Of a DNA stretch of 64,000 nucleotides, positions 20,927-30,382 are shown one piece after another. The stretch comes from Candidatus Yanofskybacteria bacterium (GTDB lineage: Bacteria; Patescibacteriota; Minisyncoccia; 2-02-FULL-40-12; IGHO2-01-FULL-4-A). The position numbers and the translations under genes were made by a program. The stretch lies in contig JACOZV010000001.1 of the NCBI GenBank assembly GCA_016181175.1, forward strand, positions 259,519 through 323,518, written 5' to 3'. Each line of letters opens with the position of its first letter. The first letter of the stretch is position 1. Under the pieces are notes generated by a model. That model ran no database searches. It saw nothing but the letters and a program-made list of their open reading frames with translations, and was not told where the DNA came from.

Positions 20927-21622
20927 ATGAATTCTTTGCAACCAACCAAACCAGAAACATTATTTCAAAGGCTTCATAAATCAATTACAAAAACAAGAAG
21001 AAACGCTAAAAAATCTGCTAAATTAAAACTTGAAACCGAAAGCGCAAACGCCAAGAGAGAAGCAGAGGGAATGTATGTGGAAATTGAAATACTTAGAAAA
21101 AAGGCACAAAAAAATTTGGAGAAAACACTTCGTGAATCTCCTAGTTTTAAAAAGTTTTTGTTAAAAAAACTTTCTTCTTCTCCTAGCGGCTTAGAAGATC
21201 GGGAAGAATTTATTCCAAGATTGGGTTTTAAACTTATTCCTAATCAGGATGAGTTTAGCCAATGGTTATCTGATGAGGATATTAAGGATTTGAATAAACA
21301 ATGGTTATCTGAATCTTTATCTAACTATTATGTTACAATAGACGAGAAACTTAGAATTGGTATTATGCATTATGGCAGTCCATTTAAAGATGGGGAAAAT
21401 ATATTCTTGTCTGGGATATGGCACGATCTTGGCTCACATAGAAATGAGTGGCAACTGAAAAACAAAGAAATCTATCCAACATTAAAAAGACTCCTTGAGC
21501 TTTTTTGTAATTCGGAGGCGTTGATCAAATTTTTACTCTATCTGAATTGGACCGACTTGGATTATCTTGGTAAAAATCAAGTTAAATATTTTGGCTTTTA
21601 CTATTTTCCTGAATGCTTTTGA
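20927..21622 (+). CDS. Hypothetical protein (N-terminal coiled coil)
   Basis: 231-aa ORF with AGGAG RBS; no family recognised. Confidence 0.6.
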   Translation: MNSLQPTKPETLFQRLHKSITKTRRNAKKSAKLKLETESANAKREAEGMYVEIEILRKKAQKNLEKTLRESPSFKKFLLKKLSSSPSGLEDREEFIPRLGFKLIPNQDEFSQWLSDEDIKDLNKQWLSESLSNYYVTIDEKLRIGIMHYGSPFKDGENIFLSGIWHDLGSHRNEWQLKNKEIYPTLKRLLELFCNSEALIKFLLYLNWTDLDYLGKNQVKYFGFYYFPECF

Positions 21623-21807
21623 GTGGGCTGATTCTTTAAGGGGTTAAATACCATTTTGCTTAGGTCACGAAGGATAAGGAATCAATACCCGCTTGATGAA
21701 TGCCCGTCATAATTGATGGGTTTTATTTTCCTAACTATTTGAGCCACCACCAAAACCGGTCTCGGTCAAATTGGCTATAAAAAAACCCGCCAAGTCAGAC
21801 TTGGCGG

Positions 21808-22428
21808 TTATTTATTTTCTTTAGTCAAAAGATAAATATCCAAAATGCAGTCGAGAATGAAAAGGTGGGTTCTTTCGGTGTGACGATAGGCAGTTGATGG
21901 TACCGCATATTTAGTCAGTAATGGCACATAGAAATTAATGTCGCCCATTTGACGCAATCTGTTATTCGACTGAAAACCGGATAGAGTGATTATGGCTAAA
22001 CCCTTAGATTTGGCTGTGGCAACCGCGTTAATAATATTTTGTGATTCGCCGGAACTTGAAATTGCGATTAAAATATCGCCCGCTTGCCCAAAAGTATCAA
22101 GTGGCAGTTCAAAAACTCTTTCCCAACCCATGTCGTTTGCCGTGGCGGTGAGCATGGCCGGATCGTTGAAAGTATGAGCCTTCAAACCGCAAAACTTCCA
22201 AAAACGATTTGCCGTTTCGCTGGCAATTGAGGCGCTTCCACCGTTTCCGATTATAAAAATACGACCGCCGGATTGTTTTAGAACCTTTAACTTTGAGATG
22301 GCCGCAAAAACCACCCTTGAAAATTTTCTTGGAACGTCACAACAATCAGCCTCAATTGAACTAATAGAATCTACACATTGTTTAAAATATTCTTTGCATG
22401 CTGAATCTCGCCAGTCTAAAGTGTCCAT
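21808..22428 (-). CDS. gmhA: SIS-domain phosphoheptose isomerase-like protein
   Basis: IGNGGSA, TATAND.G, ISSSGES.NI. Confidence 0.75.
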   Translation of the reverse strand: MDTLDWRDSACKEYFKQCVDSISSIEADCCDVPRKFSRVVFAAISKLKVLKQSGGRIFIIGNGGSASIASETANRFWKFCGLKAHTFNDPAMLTATANDMGWERVFELPLDTFGQAGDILIAISSSGESQNIINAVATAKSKGLAIITLSGFQSNNRLRQMGDINFYVPLLTKYAVPSTAYRHTERTHLFILDCILDIYLLTKENK

Positions 22429-22560
22429 GCTTTTACCTCGTCAAGTTTTGGATTGTTAATAGTGCTAATAAATGGATACCCAATTTCAGGAATAATTGCA
22501 ATAGAATTTGTAGATGCCCCATTTTCACGACTTTAATTAAGTGTTAATCTAACGGGATGA

Positions 22561-22691
22561 ATCCCGAACGAGACAGCCTTTGCCAACAACAAGGAAGGGT
22601 TACGATGGCTATCTAAACGGGATTAATAAAGTATTTTTAATAGGCACGGAAATGATTTACTCAATAAATCATTTCCTGTCTCGTACGGGAT
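22561..22691 (+). mobile_element. Family A non-autonomous element (A1) at the start codon of the downstream gene
   Basis: ATCCCGAACGAGACAG ... CTGTCTCGTACGGGAT; GA duplication; the right end supplies the ATG at 22690. Confidence 0.85.
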
Positions 22692-23652
22692 GAGACGATA
22701 CCTATTTTTATTAATTCAGATTGTTGTCAGCGCGATGCTGGTTTTTTTTATTTTTCAAAATATTCATTTCGGTGACCTCTCGGGAGCGTTTAAGAACGTG
22801 CAGATAGAATATATTTTTATTGCTTTGGTGTTTTCCATTCCCGCGTGGCTTGTGGGTATTTTCAAATGGCAATTCCTGGCCAAAACCATCGTGGACAAAA
22901 CCCCGCCTTTTAGATTTTTTATTTCATACTATCTTGTGGGATATTTCTACGCTTTATTTGTGCCAGGCGGCCAACTTCTAGGCGAAGGAATGAAGGCTTG
23001 GAGGATGTCTAACAAGTCAGAATTCAAACCCCAGTTGTATTTATCGGTTTTTGCCGATAAGGCCATAGGTTTTATGGCTCTAGGCTGTCTGGTTTTAATA
23101 TCTTTTTTGACACAGCCTGTTTTATACGGCGACAGATTGAGTATTTTGAGTCTCGCGGTAAGTGCCGCCATTGTGCTGGCCGGTATTATGATTTTCTTCA
23201 GTCGCGTTTTGCTGGAATACTTTTATAAGGTTCCTGAATTTTTAGTCAAATTTTTGCCGTTATTTATAGCCGGCCACGTCGCCATTTTAAAGGGACTTCT
23301 CATTAAATACAATCAGCGCAGAAAATCTACTCTTATAGGTATCGGAATCGGAGCCATTGCACAGCTTATATGGGTTTTGGTTATATATTTTATTGCCCTC
23401 TCATTTAATCTCCATGTACCATTTTTATTTATTGCCTGGACTTTTTTGATAATGTCTGTAGCCACTTTTCTGCCGGTATCCTATGCCGGCTTGGGAGTGA
23501 GAGAGGGAACGTTTGTCTATTTTTTTTCGTTGTTGGGCGTATCCCGTGAGCTAGCCTTAAGCATATCGCTTATGCTATTCGGTTTTCAGGTGCTGGCTGC
23601 TTTAATCGGGGGAGGTTTTGAATTAAAAGAATTATGGAGTAGAATAAAATAA
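22690..23652 (+). CDS. Lysylphosphatidylglycerol-synthase TM domain / putative glycolipid flippase (UPF0104)
   Basis: PGG..GE..K and LPVSYAGLGVRE motifs; about 8 TM helices. Confidence 0.8.
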   Translation: MRRYLFLLIQIVVSAMLVFFIFQNIHFGDLSGAFKNVQIEYIFIALVFSIPAWLVGIFKWQFLAKTIVDKTPPFRFFISYYLVGYFYALFVPGGQLLGEGMKAWRMSNKSEFKPQLYLSVFADKAIGFMALGCLVLISFLTQPVLYGDRLSILSLAVSAAIVLAGIMIFFSRVLLEYFYKVPEFLVKFLPLFIAGHVAILKGLLIKYNQRRKSTLIGIGIGAIAQLIWVLVIYFIALSFNLHVPFLFIAWTFLIMSVATFLPVSYAGLGVREGTFVYFFSLLGVSRELALSISLMLFGFQVLAALIGGGFELKELWSRIK

Positions 23653-23658
23653 AATCAC

Positions 23659-25956
23659 ATGCGCGAGCTATTACTAGTCAAAATCACTAAATATTTAGTT
23701 TATGCCACGGCCTTTGTGCCGTTGATTATATTCTCGCAATTCATATCGCCATTCCATTTCGGCAAAGTGGTGGTTTTTCGTTCGCTTGTGGAGATAATGG
23801 CCGTTTTTTATTTTATTCTGATCATCAAAGACAGAGGTTATTTTCCCAAAAAGCATATACTTCTGACAATTTTCTCTCTTTTCACGCTGATTTTTGTCAT
23901 TTCAACTTTTATCAGCGTCAACCCTTATCTAAGTTTTTGGGGTTCGCTTGAACGTATGGGCGGACTCTGGAGTTTTATCCATTATCTTGTCTATTTCATA
24001 ATTCTTATTTCCATATTCAAGACCCGCGAGGACTGGCTGCGGTTGTTTAAGATAGTTATTTTTGTCGGAGCTCTTTCCGCGTTTTATGGTTTTGGCCAAA
24101 AGACAAATATTGAATTTTTCATAGGTTCTGGGAAACGCGAGAGGATATTTGGCACTATCGGCAATGCCGCTCTGTTTGCTGGTTATCAGATTATAATTTT
24201 ATTCCTTGCTTTGTCTTTGGCTCTTTCTTCTTGGGTATCGACTAAACACAGAGGTTATTTTTTTACCGCCGCTCTTATAAACACAGTTGCTGTTTTAATG
24301 ACTGCCGTTAGGGGTTCTATATTGGGTGTTGGCGTAGGTTTTTTACTTTTTGCTTTCCTTTACACTATTTCTTCTCATTCGCGTACGGCAAAAAAGATTT
24401 TATTGGGCTTGGTCGGTTTGGCTGTTATTTTTGTCGGGTTTGCTTTTGCTTTCAAAACCTCCAATTTTGTAAAAAGTTCCGGTTACTTGACGCGTTTGAC
24501 TGATTTTTCATTCCAGACGCTTACGGTTCAAACTCGTTTTTGGGCTTGGCGAGCTGGGTTAACCGGCTGGGTGGAGACACCAAAAACAATTTTATTCGGC
24601 TGGGGTCCGGAAAACTTTAATGTCCCTTTTTCCAAGCATTTTAATCCCAAGTTTTTCCGCGGTATTGGTTCTGAAACTCTTTTTGACCGTGCCCATAATC
24701 AGTTCGTTGAGATTTTAGTAACAATGGGCGCATTGGCATTTCTGCTCTATATAGCCCTGTTTGCTGTAGCCATGCGTTTGTTGTGGAAACGCGTAGTGCA
24801 AAACGGAAAAGAAAGGGCGATTGGTGTGGGTTTGATATCTTTAATTACCGCATATATTATTCACAATTCATTCATATTTGACACCTCGGCTAATTTTATA
24901 ATATTTTTTACGGTTTTAGGTTTTATTGCATGGTTGACCCCGCACCTTTCTGCGGCAGGTAACATGGGCTTGCGCGAAGCGCAGCCGCAGAAAGGTGCGG
25001 GGCAAGCCCCCATTACCAGTTACCAGTTACCAGTTACCAGTTATAAATTAACCGTCGGTCAACAAACCCTATTGTTTCTTTTGCTGATTGGCGCGGCAGT
25101 CCTGATTTATCGGACGAATATCACGCAGTCCAAGGCTAATTACACAACCACACGTGCCATTGTTAGAAGTTGGTCTGGGGATTTTGATGGTGCTTTGGCT
25201 AAGTATAAAGAAGCGTTGGCTTACGATATACCCGGCAAATATGAGTATCGCCACCGTTTTGCCCAGTGGCTTCTTGAATATGCAAATGGCAAAAAACGGG
25301 GAGAAAAAGAAGAGGCCGCTTTGACGTATGCCATACAGCAAGTGCAGAAAAATGCTGATGAGTCTAATCAGGACTATTTACCATATCTTTACATTTCGCG
25401 TGCCTATATAATTTTAGGCAAAGACGATCTGAAATCGCCGTATAACGACGAAGCATTAAAAAATTCTATGAAAGCATTGGAAATTTCTCCAAGTTTTGTA
25501 AGAGCGTATTACGAAGTAGCGCAGGCTTTTCTAAATAAAAAAGATTATAGCAATGCTATAAAATATTTTGAGCAGGCAGTTAAATTAAACCCCGATGTTG
25601 GTTTGAGCCATTGGTACTTGGGGGCAATCCTAATAGAAACGGGCGATATCGAGGGGGGATTAAAGGCGGTTAGCAGAGCCACTGAACTGGGTTATATGCT
25701 TTCCGAATCCGATACCTTAAGACTGATCAACCTTTACATTAAAACCGGCGATCTTAACAAAATAACTTTCCTTTTTGAGAGATTGATTAGTATAAAGCCC
25801 AATAACCCGCAATATCGTGCTTCGTTGGCGGCAGGTTATGCAAAAATCGGAAAAATAGATGAAGCAGTTGAACAGGCACGTGCCGCTGCTCAACTAGACA
25901 AAACTTTTGAAAGTGAAGCTCGTTCGTTTGTGCGGAGTTTGGGCAGGGAGTGGTAA
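23659..25956 (+). CDS. O-antigen ligase-family membrane protein with C-terminal TPR repeats
   Basis: GTIGN, RGS, G.GPENF, DRAHN motif; TPR helices at the C-terminus. Confidence 0.85.
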   Translation: MRELLLVKITKYLVYATAFVPLIIFSQFISPFHFGKVVVFRSLVEIMAVFYFILIIKDRGYFPKKHILLTIFSLFTLIFVISTFISVNPYLSFWGSLERMGGLWSFIHYLVYFIILISIFKTREDWLRLFKIVIFVGALSAFYGFGQKTNIEFFIGSGKRERIFGTIGNAALFAGYQIIILFLALSLALSSWVSTKHRGYFFTAALINTVAVLMTAVRGSILGVGVGFLLFAFLYTISSHSRTAKKILLGLVGLAVIFVGFAFAFKTSNFVKSSGYLTRLTDFSFQTLTVQTRFWAWRAGLTGWVETPKTILFGWGPENFNVPFSKHFNPKFFRGIGSETLFDRAHNQFVEILVTMGALAFLLYIALFAVAMRLLWKRVVQNGKERAIGVGLISLITAYIIHNSFIFDTSANFIIFFTVLGFIAWLTPHLSAAGNMGLREAQPQKGAGQAPITSYQLPVTSYKLTVGQQTLLFLLLIGAAVLIYRTNITQSKANYTTTRAIVRSWSGDFDGALAKYKEALAYDIPGKYEYRHRFAQWLLEYANGKKRGEKEEAALTYAIQQVQKNADESNQDYLPYLYISRAYIILGKDDLKSPYNDEALKNSMKALEISPSFVRAYYEVAQAFLNKKDYSNAIKYFEQAVKLNPDVGLSHWYLGAILIETGDIEGGLKAVSRATELGYMLSESDTLRLINLYIKTGDLNKITFLFERLISIKPNNPQYRASLAAGYAKIGKIDEAVEQARAAAQLDKTFESEARSFVRSLGREW
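24938..25002. mobile_element. Family B non-autonomous element inserted in frame in a CDS
   Basis: 19-bp inverted repeat CCCCGCACCTTTCTGCGGC; same GGTTGACCCCGCACCTTT left junction as the 9167 element. Confidence 0.75.
25013..25040 (+). repeat. Heptamer tandem repeat (TTACCAG)x4 within a CDS
   Basis: Four perfect copies read directly from the sequence. Confidence 0.9.
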
Positions 25957-25969
25957 GCGTGTTTTGGGT

Positions 25970-26968
25970 TTATATGACTTTTCCCTTGGCTACTAACTTC
26001 ATATCCGATTCAACCATCATTTTGACCAAATCTTTGAATTTTGTTTTGGGTTTCCAGCCGAGAATTTTGCGGGCTTTGGAATAGTCGCCAATTAGTAGAT
26101 TGACTTCGGATGGACGAATGTCGGCTGAATTATTCCATACGATATATTTTGCCGGATTAAGTCCGGCAACCCTGAACGCTTCTTCGGCAAATTCTCTAAC
26201 CGAGTGATTTTCTCCGGTAGCGATAACATAATCATCGGGTTTTGGCTGCTGCATCATCATCCACATGGCTTGAACAAAATCCCCGGCATAGCCCCAGTCA
26301 CGCTTAGCGTTTGGATTGCCGAGATATAACTTACTGGCTAGGCCGTGTTTGATAAGCGCGGCGGTGTGAGTAATTTTTCTGGTCACGAATTCTATACCGC
26401 GGCGAGGACTTTCGTGGTTAAAAAGTATGCCGCAAACGGCAAACATCTTAATAGCAGGATGGTTACGGTAGTAGCGCGTCATATGATGGCCGGTAACCTT
26501 GGATATTCCGTAAGGGGATCGCGGGTTAAACGCGGTCAGTTCAGTTTGCGGCACCTCCAGGACGTCCCCGAACATCTCGCTTGAAGCTGCGAAGTAAAAC
26601 TTTGCCTTTGGTACGATTTGGCTTATAGCCGCTAAAACAAAATGCACCCCAGAAACATTCGTGTGCATTGTTGAATGCTCATCTTCAAAAGAGTAAGAGA
26701 CAAAACTTTGTGCGGCTAAGTGGTATACCTCGTCGGGTTTTACTTTGGTTAAAACGTTGCAAATACTCGGGTAGCTTTCCAAGGATGCGCCATGCAGTTT
26801 AATGCGACCAGTTTTGATTAGATGGTTAATCCTGGAAAAGCGGTTATCGCTGTCCTCAAAAGCAACCCGGCGTACCATGCCGTGAACCCGATAGCCTTTT
26901 TTTAATAAAAATTCGGCTAGATAAGAGCCGTCTTGGCCAGTTATTCCCGTTATTAGTGCCTTTTTCAC
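25970..26968 (-). CDS. gmd: GDP-mannose 4,6-dehydratase
   Basis: ALITGITGQDGSYLAE, LAAQSFV, PRSPYGISK, FNHESPRRG, RDWG. Confidence 0.95.
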   Translation of the reverse strand: MKKALITGITGQDGSYLAEFLLKKGYRVHGMVRRVAFEDSDNRFSRINHLIKTGRIKLHGASLESYPSICNVLTKVKPDEVYHLAAQSFVSYSFEDEHSTMHTNVSGVHFVLAAISQIVPKAKFYFAASSEMFGDVLEVPQTELTAFNPRSPYGISKVTGHHMTRYYRNHPAIKMFAVCGILFNHESPRRGIEFVTRKITHTAALIKHGLASKLYLGNPNAKRDWGYAGDFVQAMWMMMQQPKPDDYVIATGENHSVREFAEEAFRVAGLNPAKYIVWNNSADIRPSEVNLLIGDYSKARKILGWKPKTKFKDLVKMMVESDMKLVAKGKVI

Positions 26969-27041
26969 TTTTTTAAGTTATTAAACATTGGTTATATTGT
27001 CAATCTTGTTTTTGGATATAAATATGTCATAATTTTTTTGG

Positions 27042-27527
27042 ATGAAACTTAGAGAACATCTGATAATTGGCGTTGTGTCTGTGATTATTTTAACTCCGCA
27101 TTGGGGCCTGTGGCGGGCGCTTTTATTTTGGGGAGCGGAGGTACTGATAGACGCCGACCATTATTGGGACTATTTGTGGCGGAGCAAGTTTCAGGATTGG
27201 AGCGGTTGGCGGATGTTTAGGTATTATAACCGAATAACCGAGCACATGCATGATAAAAACTTTTTTGCAATCAGCATATTGCATACCGTCGAAGTTTTTA
27301 TCGGCGTGTATTTGTTGGCCAGTTATTGGAATTACAACTTTTTTATGACGATTTTTTGGGGGTTGGTGTTTCATCTGATTTTGGATATGATTTATCAGTT
27401 GAAACTCAAATGCTTCTTCGTTCGCGCCTACTCAATAGTTGAGTATTTAATTCGCAAACGTTTAATGCTTAATCGCGGCCTCAACCCCGATGGCTTTTAC
27501 AAAAAAATGTTTGAGCTGTCAAAGTGA
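27042..27527 (+). CDS. Membrane protein, possible metal-dependent hydrolase
   Basis: EH, D.DH, LH, HL.LD pattern among TM helices. Confidence 0.6.
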   Translation: MKLREHLIIGVVSVIILTPHWGLWRALLFWGAEVLIDADHYWDYLWRSKFQDWSGWRMFRYYNRITEHMHDKNFFAISILHTVEVFIGVYLLASYWNYNFFMTIFWGLVFHLILDMIYQLKLKCFFVRAYSIVEYLIRKRLMLNRGLNPDGFYKKMFELSK

Positions 27528-27994
27528 ATTTGACAGTATTTTCACCGGTGCTAGACTAAATGTCATGAAGAAGGATTTAAATAAAAAAGATAAATTAGTT
27601 ACCGAAAGTATTCTAGAGCGGAAACTTAAAAATGCGCTCGAACCTTATGTTACCAAGGATTTCTTGAAGAAAGAGTTTGTCAGACAAAACGAAAGAAATT
27701 TGGCGATTTTTGCGACCAAGCAAGACCTGAAAGAAGGATTGGGTGGGCTAGAAGAAAAAATGAATTGGAAGTTTGATAAATTACTAACTGCTTCAGAAAA
27801 AATATACGCCAAGCTGGAAAAGAAAGAACTTGAGGGTGTGGTGCATAGCTACCTCCACAAATCTGCAGAAGACCAATTGGCTAACCACGACAAACGAATC
27901 ACAAATCTTGAAAAAACTGTCCTGACGCAATGAGCTTTACCGCAGCCTCAACCCCGATGGCTTTTACAAAAAAATGTTTGAATTTTCAAAATAA
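27467..27994 (+). repeat. 61-bp direct repeat (27467-27527 / 27934-27994) duplicating a gene 3' end
   Basis: 37-bp identical core GCCTCAACCCCGATGGCTTTTACAAAAAAATGTTTGA; both copies end in a stop codon. Confidence 0.85.
27565..27933 (+). CDS. Small coiled-coil hypothetical protein
   Basis: VTK.FL / ATKQDLK repeats, HDKRI.NLE; TTGACA..TAGACT promoter just upstream. Confidence 0.65.
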   Translation: MKKDLNKKDKLVTESILERKLKNALEPYVTKDFLKKEFVRQNERNLAIFATKQDLKEGLGGLEEKMNWKFDKLLTASEKIYAKLEKKELEGVVHSYLHKSAEDQLANHDKRITNLEKTVLTQ

Positions 27995-28024
27995 CACTTG
28001 CCCCCATCAAAAATTATCGCTCGC

Positions 28025-28167
28025 CATTATGCCTCCTATCACCATTTGAATTCCCAGCGAGAATTCTACATTCCGTCAAAAGCGTGGATTTTGCTCGCAG
28101 TGTTTTACTATTATACTGCTCGCAAACCGTGCAATCCACTCTTTTGACGGTGCTATGAGGCATAATG
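28025..28167 (+). repeat. Family E element (E3)
   Basis: CATTATGCCTC/GAGGCATAATG outer stem; GAATTC-CCAGCGA-GAATTC hairpin; CCGTCAAAAG..GTGGATT inner stem. Confidence 0.85.
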
Positions 28168-28229
28168 CTTTGACCGAATTAGAAAAATAAAAACCGCCTC
28201 AGCCATGAAAGCATCGACGGTAGATTTAT

Positions 28230-28661
28230 TTATAAAGGAAAACGCTTGAACCTATCTTCATAGGTACGCATAAGTTCATTAAACTCCCGTTCGGTTATAC
28301 CAAGTTTTTCCCAAGAAATTTCACCGCAATGCACCCCTTTTCTAATGGCGGTGGCAGATGCTCTTGCATGATAAGGATAGTTTGCTGCACGACGGAGTTC
28401 TTTTAATGCCAAGGGGTAATAAAGAAGCTTGTTTTGTAAAACCAGTTCTTTTAATTTCCCCGGCGTTGTTCCAAGCTCTTCCCATGAAATAACGGCATCA
28501 GAAACAGAAGATAGAATTTCTTGAGCCGAATATTCAGCGTGGAATGGTAACATTCCAAGGCAAAAATGAATCATATTTCGCAGTTGCTTAATATTTTCTA
28601 GTGCTATTCTTTTTCTTTGCTTACGAGTAGGCTTGTTTTGTAATGTTTCACACCTTGTCAT
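28230..28661 (-). CDS. Hypothetical protein with an internal duplication
   Basis: ISWEELGTT / ISWEKLGIT repeated; AGGAG RBS. Confidence 0.6.
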   Translation of the reverse strand: MTRCETLQNKPTRKQRKRIALENIKQLRNMIHFCLGMLPFHAEYSAQEILSSVSDAVISWEELGTTPGKLKELVLQNKLLYYPLALKELRRAANYPYHARASATAIRKGVHCGEISWEKLGITEREFNELMRTYEDRFKRFPL

Positions 28662-28831
28662 TTTAATCTCCTATTTTTAAAAAACTAGTTTAAAACAGCA
28701 TAGCATAAATAGTGATATGTTGTCAAATTTTTGCTATGTTTCAGAATGCTTTCTCAAAAATTAAAAAACCTAAGCCGTCAACAGACGGCGGTTTTTATCA
28801 CTCCCATAATTGTTAAGGAGAGGATGTCAGT

Positions 28832-28907
28832 TTCCGGCGCAGGCGGACCCTTTTTGTGAAAAATCCCAGCAGGGTGGATTGAACAAAAAGGGTCCGCGGA
28901 GCCGGAA
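28832..28907. repeat. Intergenic GC-rich palindrome
   Basis: TTCCGGC..GCGGACCCTTTTTGT / ACAAAAAGGGTCCGC..GCCGGAA. Confidence 0.6.
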
Positions 28908-28949
28908 GATAAACTATTATGCTACCTTATTTTAATTTTTGAGGTCTAA

Positions 28950-30284
28950 CTAGCGGAATGCTTTTTTTAAGAGGATATTTATTGTTTTAAGTAAAATTCC
29001 CAGGTCTAAGATCAATGACCTGTTTTTTATGTAAAACAAATCATGCTGGAGTTTTTCATACGTATCTTTGATGGTCATGCCGCCGCGGAAGTCCAGCTTA
29101 TATTTGATTTGCGCCCAACCGGTCAGTCCCGGCTTGACCAAGTAGCGTTCTTCGTAAAAAGGGATTTCAGATTTTAATTTCTGGTGGAACTCGGGTCTTT
29201 CCGGGCGAGGCCCAACAAATGACATTTCGCCGCGCAATATGTTCCAAATTTGCGGTAGTTCGTCAATTCTTGTTTTGCGCAAAAACTTGCCGACTCGCGT
29301 AGTTCGAGCATCATTTTCAGCGGCCCAAATCGGACCCGTACTTTTTTCAATCTCCTGAAACATTGTCCTGAACTTTATTACGGTGAAAATTTTGCCGATT
29401 CGTCCCATTCGTCCTTGGTGATAGAAAACTTGACCACGCGAATCAAGTTTTATAGCTAAGATTATCAAGGGATAAAACGGCAGGGTCAGCAGCCCTATGA
29501 TTATGGTGCCGATTAAATCTAAAATTCTTTTTCCAGTTTCGTATCCGCGTCGGCTACCCTGAGAGAGGTTTTCCAAAAACCAAACCTGATCTATAGTTTC
29601 CAGTGGTATTCTTCCGGCAACTCGTTCATAAAAATCGGACAAGTTGAAAAAATTTATCCCAAAACCTACCAGGTGGTAAAACACGTCTATTATGTGCGGT
29701 ATCTTATAAACCGTCGGAGCCAGAACCAATGTCCGGATATTTTTTCTCTTAATCAGGTTGTCTAAAATTGCAGAAGCGGTTTTATCTCCAATATCAAGTA
29801 TGCCTAAGACGCCGTATCCCAGTTGTGGATTATTCAACAAAAAGTCGTAAAGCTCTTGAGATTGTTGACTCAAGCCGACTATTAATGTATTATTTTTGTA
29901 GCCGTTTTTGGCGGTGAGCCGATTAAAGAAAAAGCGCCAAAATCCTTGTAAGGCTGCAATAATGACAATAAAAACAAATAAGTTGGTTTTGGGGGCGATT
30001 CTAAAAAACTGGACAAAATAGAAGAAAAAAATAGAGATAGACGAAATAACGGCAATTGTATAAAAAAGATCGGAAAAAAAGCGGGCGTTATTTTTAGAAA
30101 GACCTATTTCATACAGATTGGAAATATAAAAAACTATTACCCAAACAACAAAAATAATGGTGAACGGTAGAAAGTGCATGCTGATCTGCTCGTCAAAACT
30201 ACGCCCATACCTTGCATAGAGGGTCAAAAAAAGCGCTAGATATAGGGTAATAATGTCGCCCAAGAAGAGTAAAAATTTACGCAT
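28950..30284 (-). CDS. Polyprenyl glycosylphosphotransferase (WcaJ/WbaP family)
   Basis: [34 protein letters not shown]; true start likely MRKFLL at 30284. Confidence 0.9.
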   Translation of the reverse strand: MRKFLLFLGDIITLYLALFLTLYARYGRSFDEQISMHFLPFTIIFVVWVIVFYISNLYEIGLSKNNARFFSDLFYTIAVISSISIFFFYFVQFFRIAPKTNLFVFIVIIAALQGFWRFFFNRLTAKNGYKNNTLIVGLSQQSQELYDFLLNNPQLGYGVLGILDIGDKTASAILDNLIKRKNIRTLVLAPTVYKIPHIIDVFYHLVGFGINFFNLSDFYERVAGRIPLETIDQVWFLENLSQGSRRGYETGKRILDLIGTIIIGLLTLPFYPLIILAIKLDSRGQVFYHQGRMGRIGKIFTVIKFRTMFQEIEKSTGPIWAAENDARTTRVGKFLRKTRIDELPQIWNILRGEMSFVGPRPERPEFHQKLKSEIPFYEERYLVKPGLTGWAQIKYKLDFRGGMTIKDTYEKLQHDLFYIKNRSLILDLGILLKTINILLKKAFR

Positions 30285-30381
30285 CCCGTACGAGACAGGA
30301 AATGATTTATCTGAGTAAATCATTTCCGTGCCCATTTAATCTACTTTATTAATCCCGCCTAGATAACCATCGTAACCATTT
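30283..30381 (-). mobile_element. Family A element (A2), truncated, lacking the left inverted repeat
   Basis: About 95 bp similar to the reverse complement of 22598-22691; supplies the ATG of the WcaJ-like gene. Confidence 0.8.
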
Positions 30382-30382
30382 C

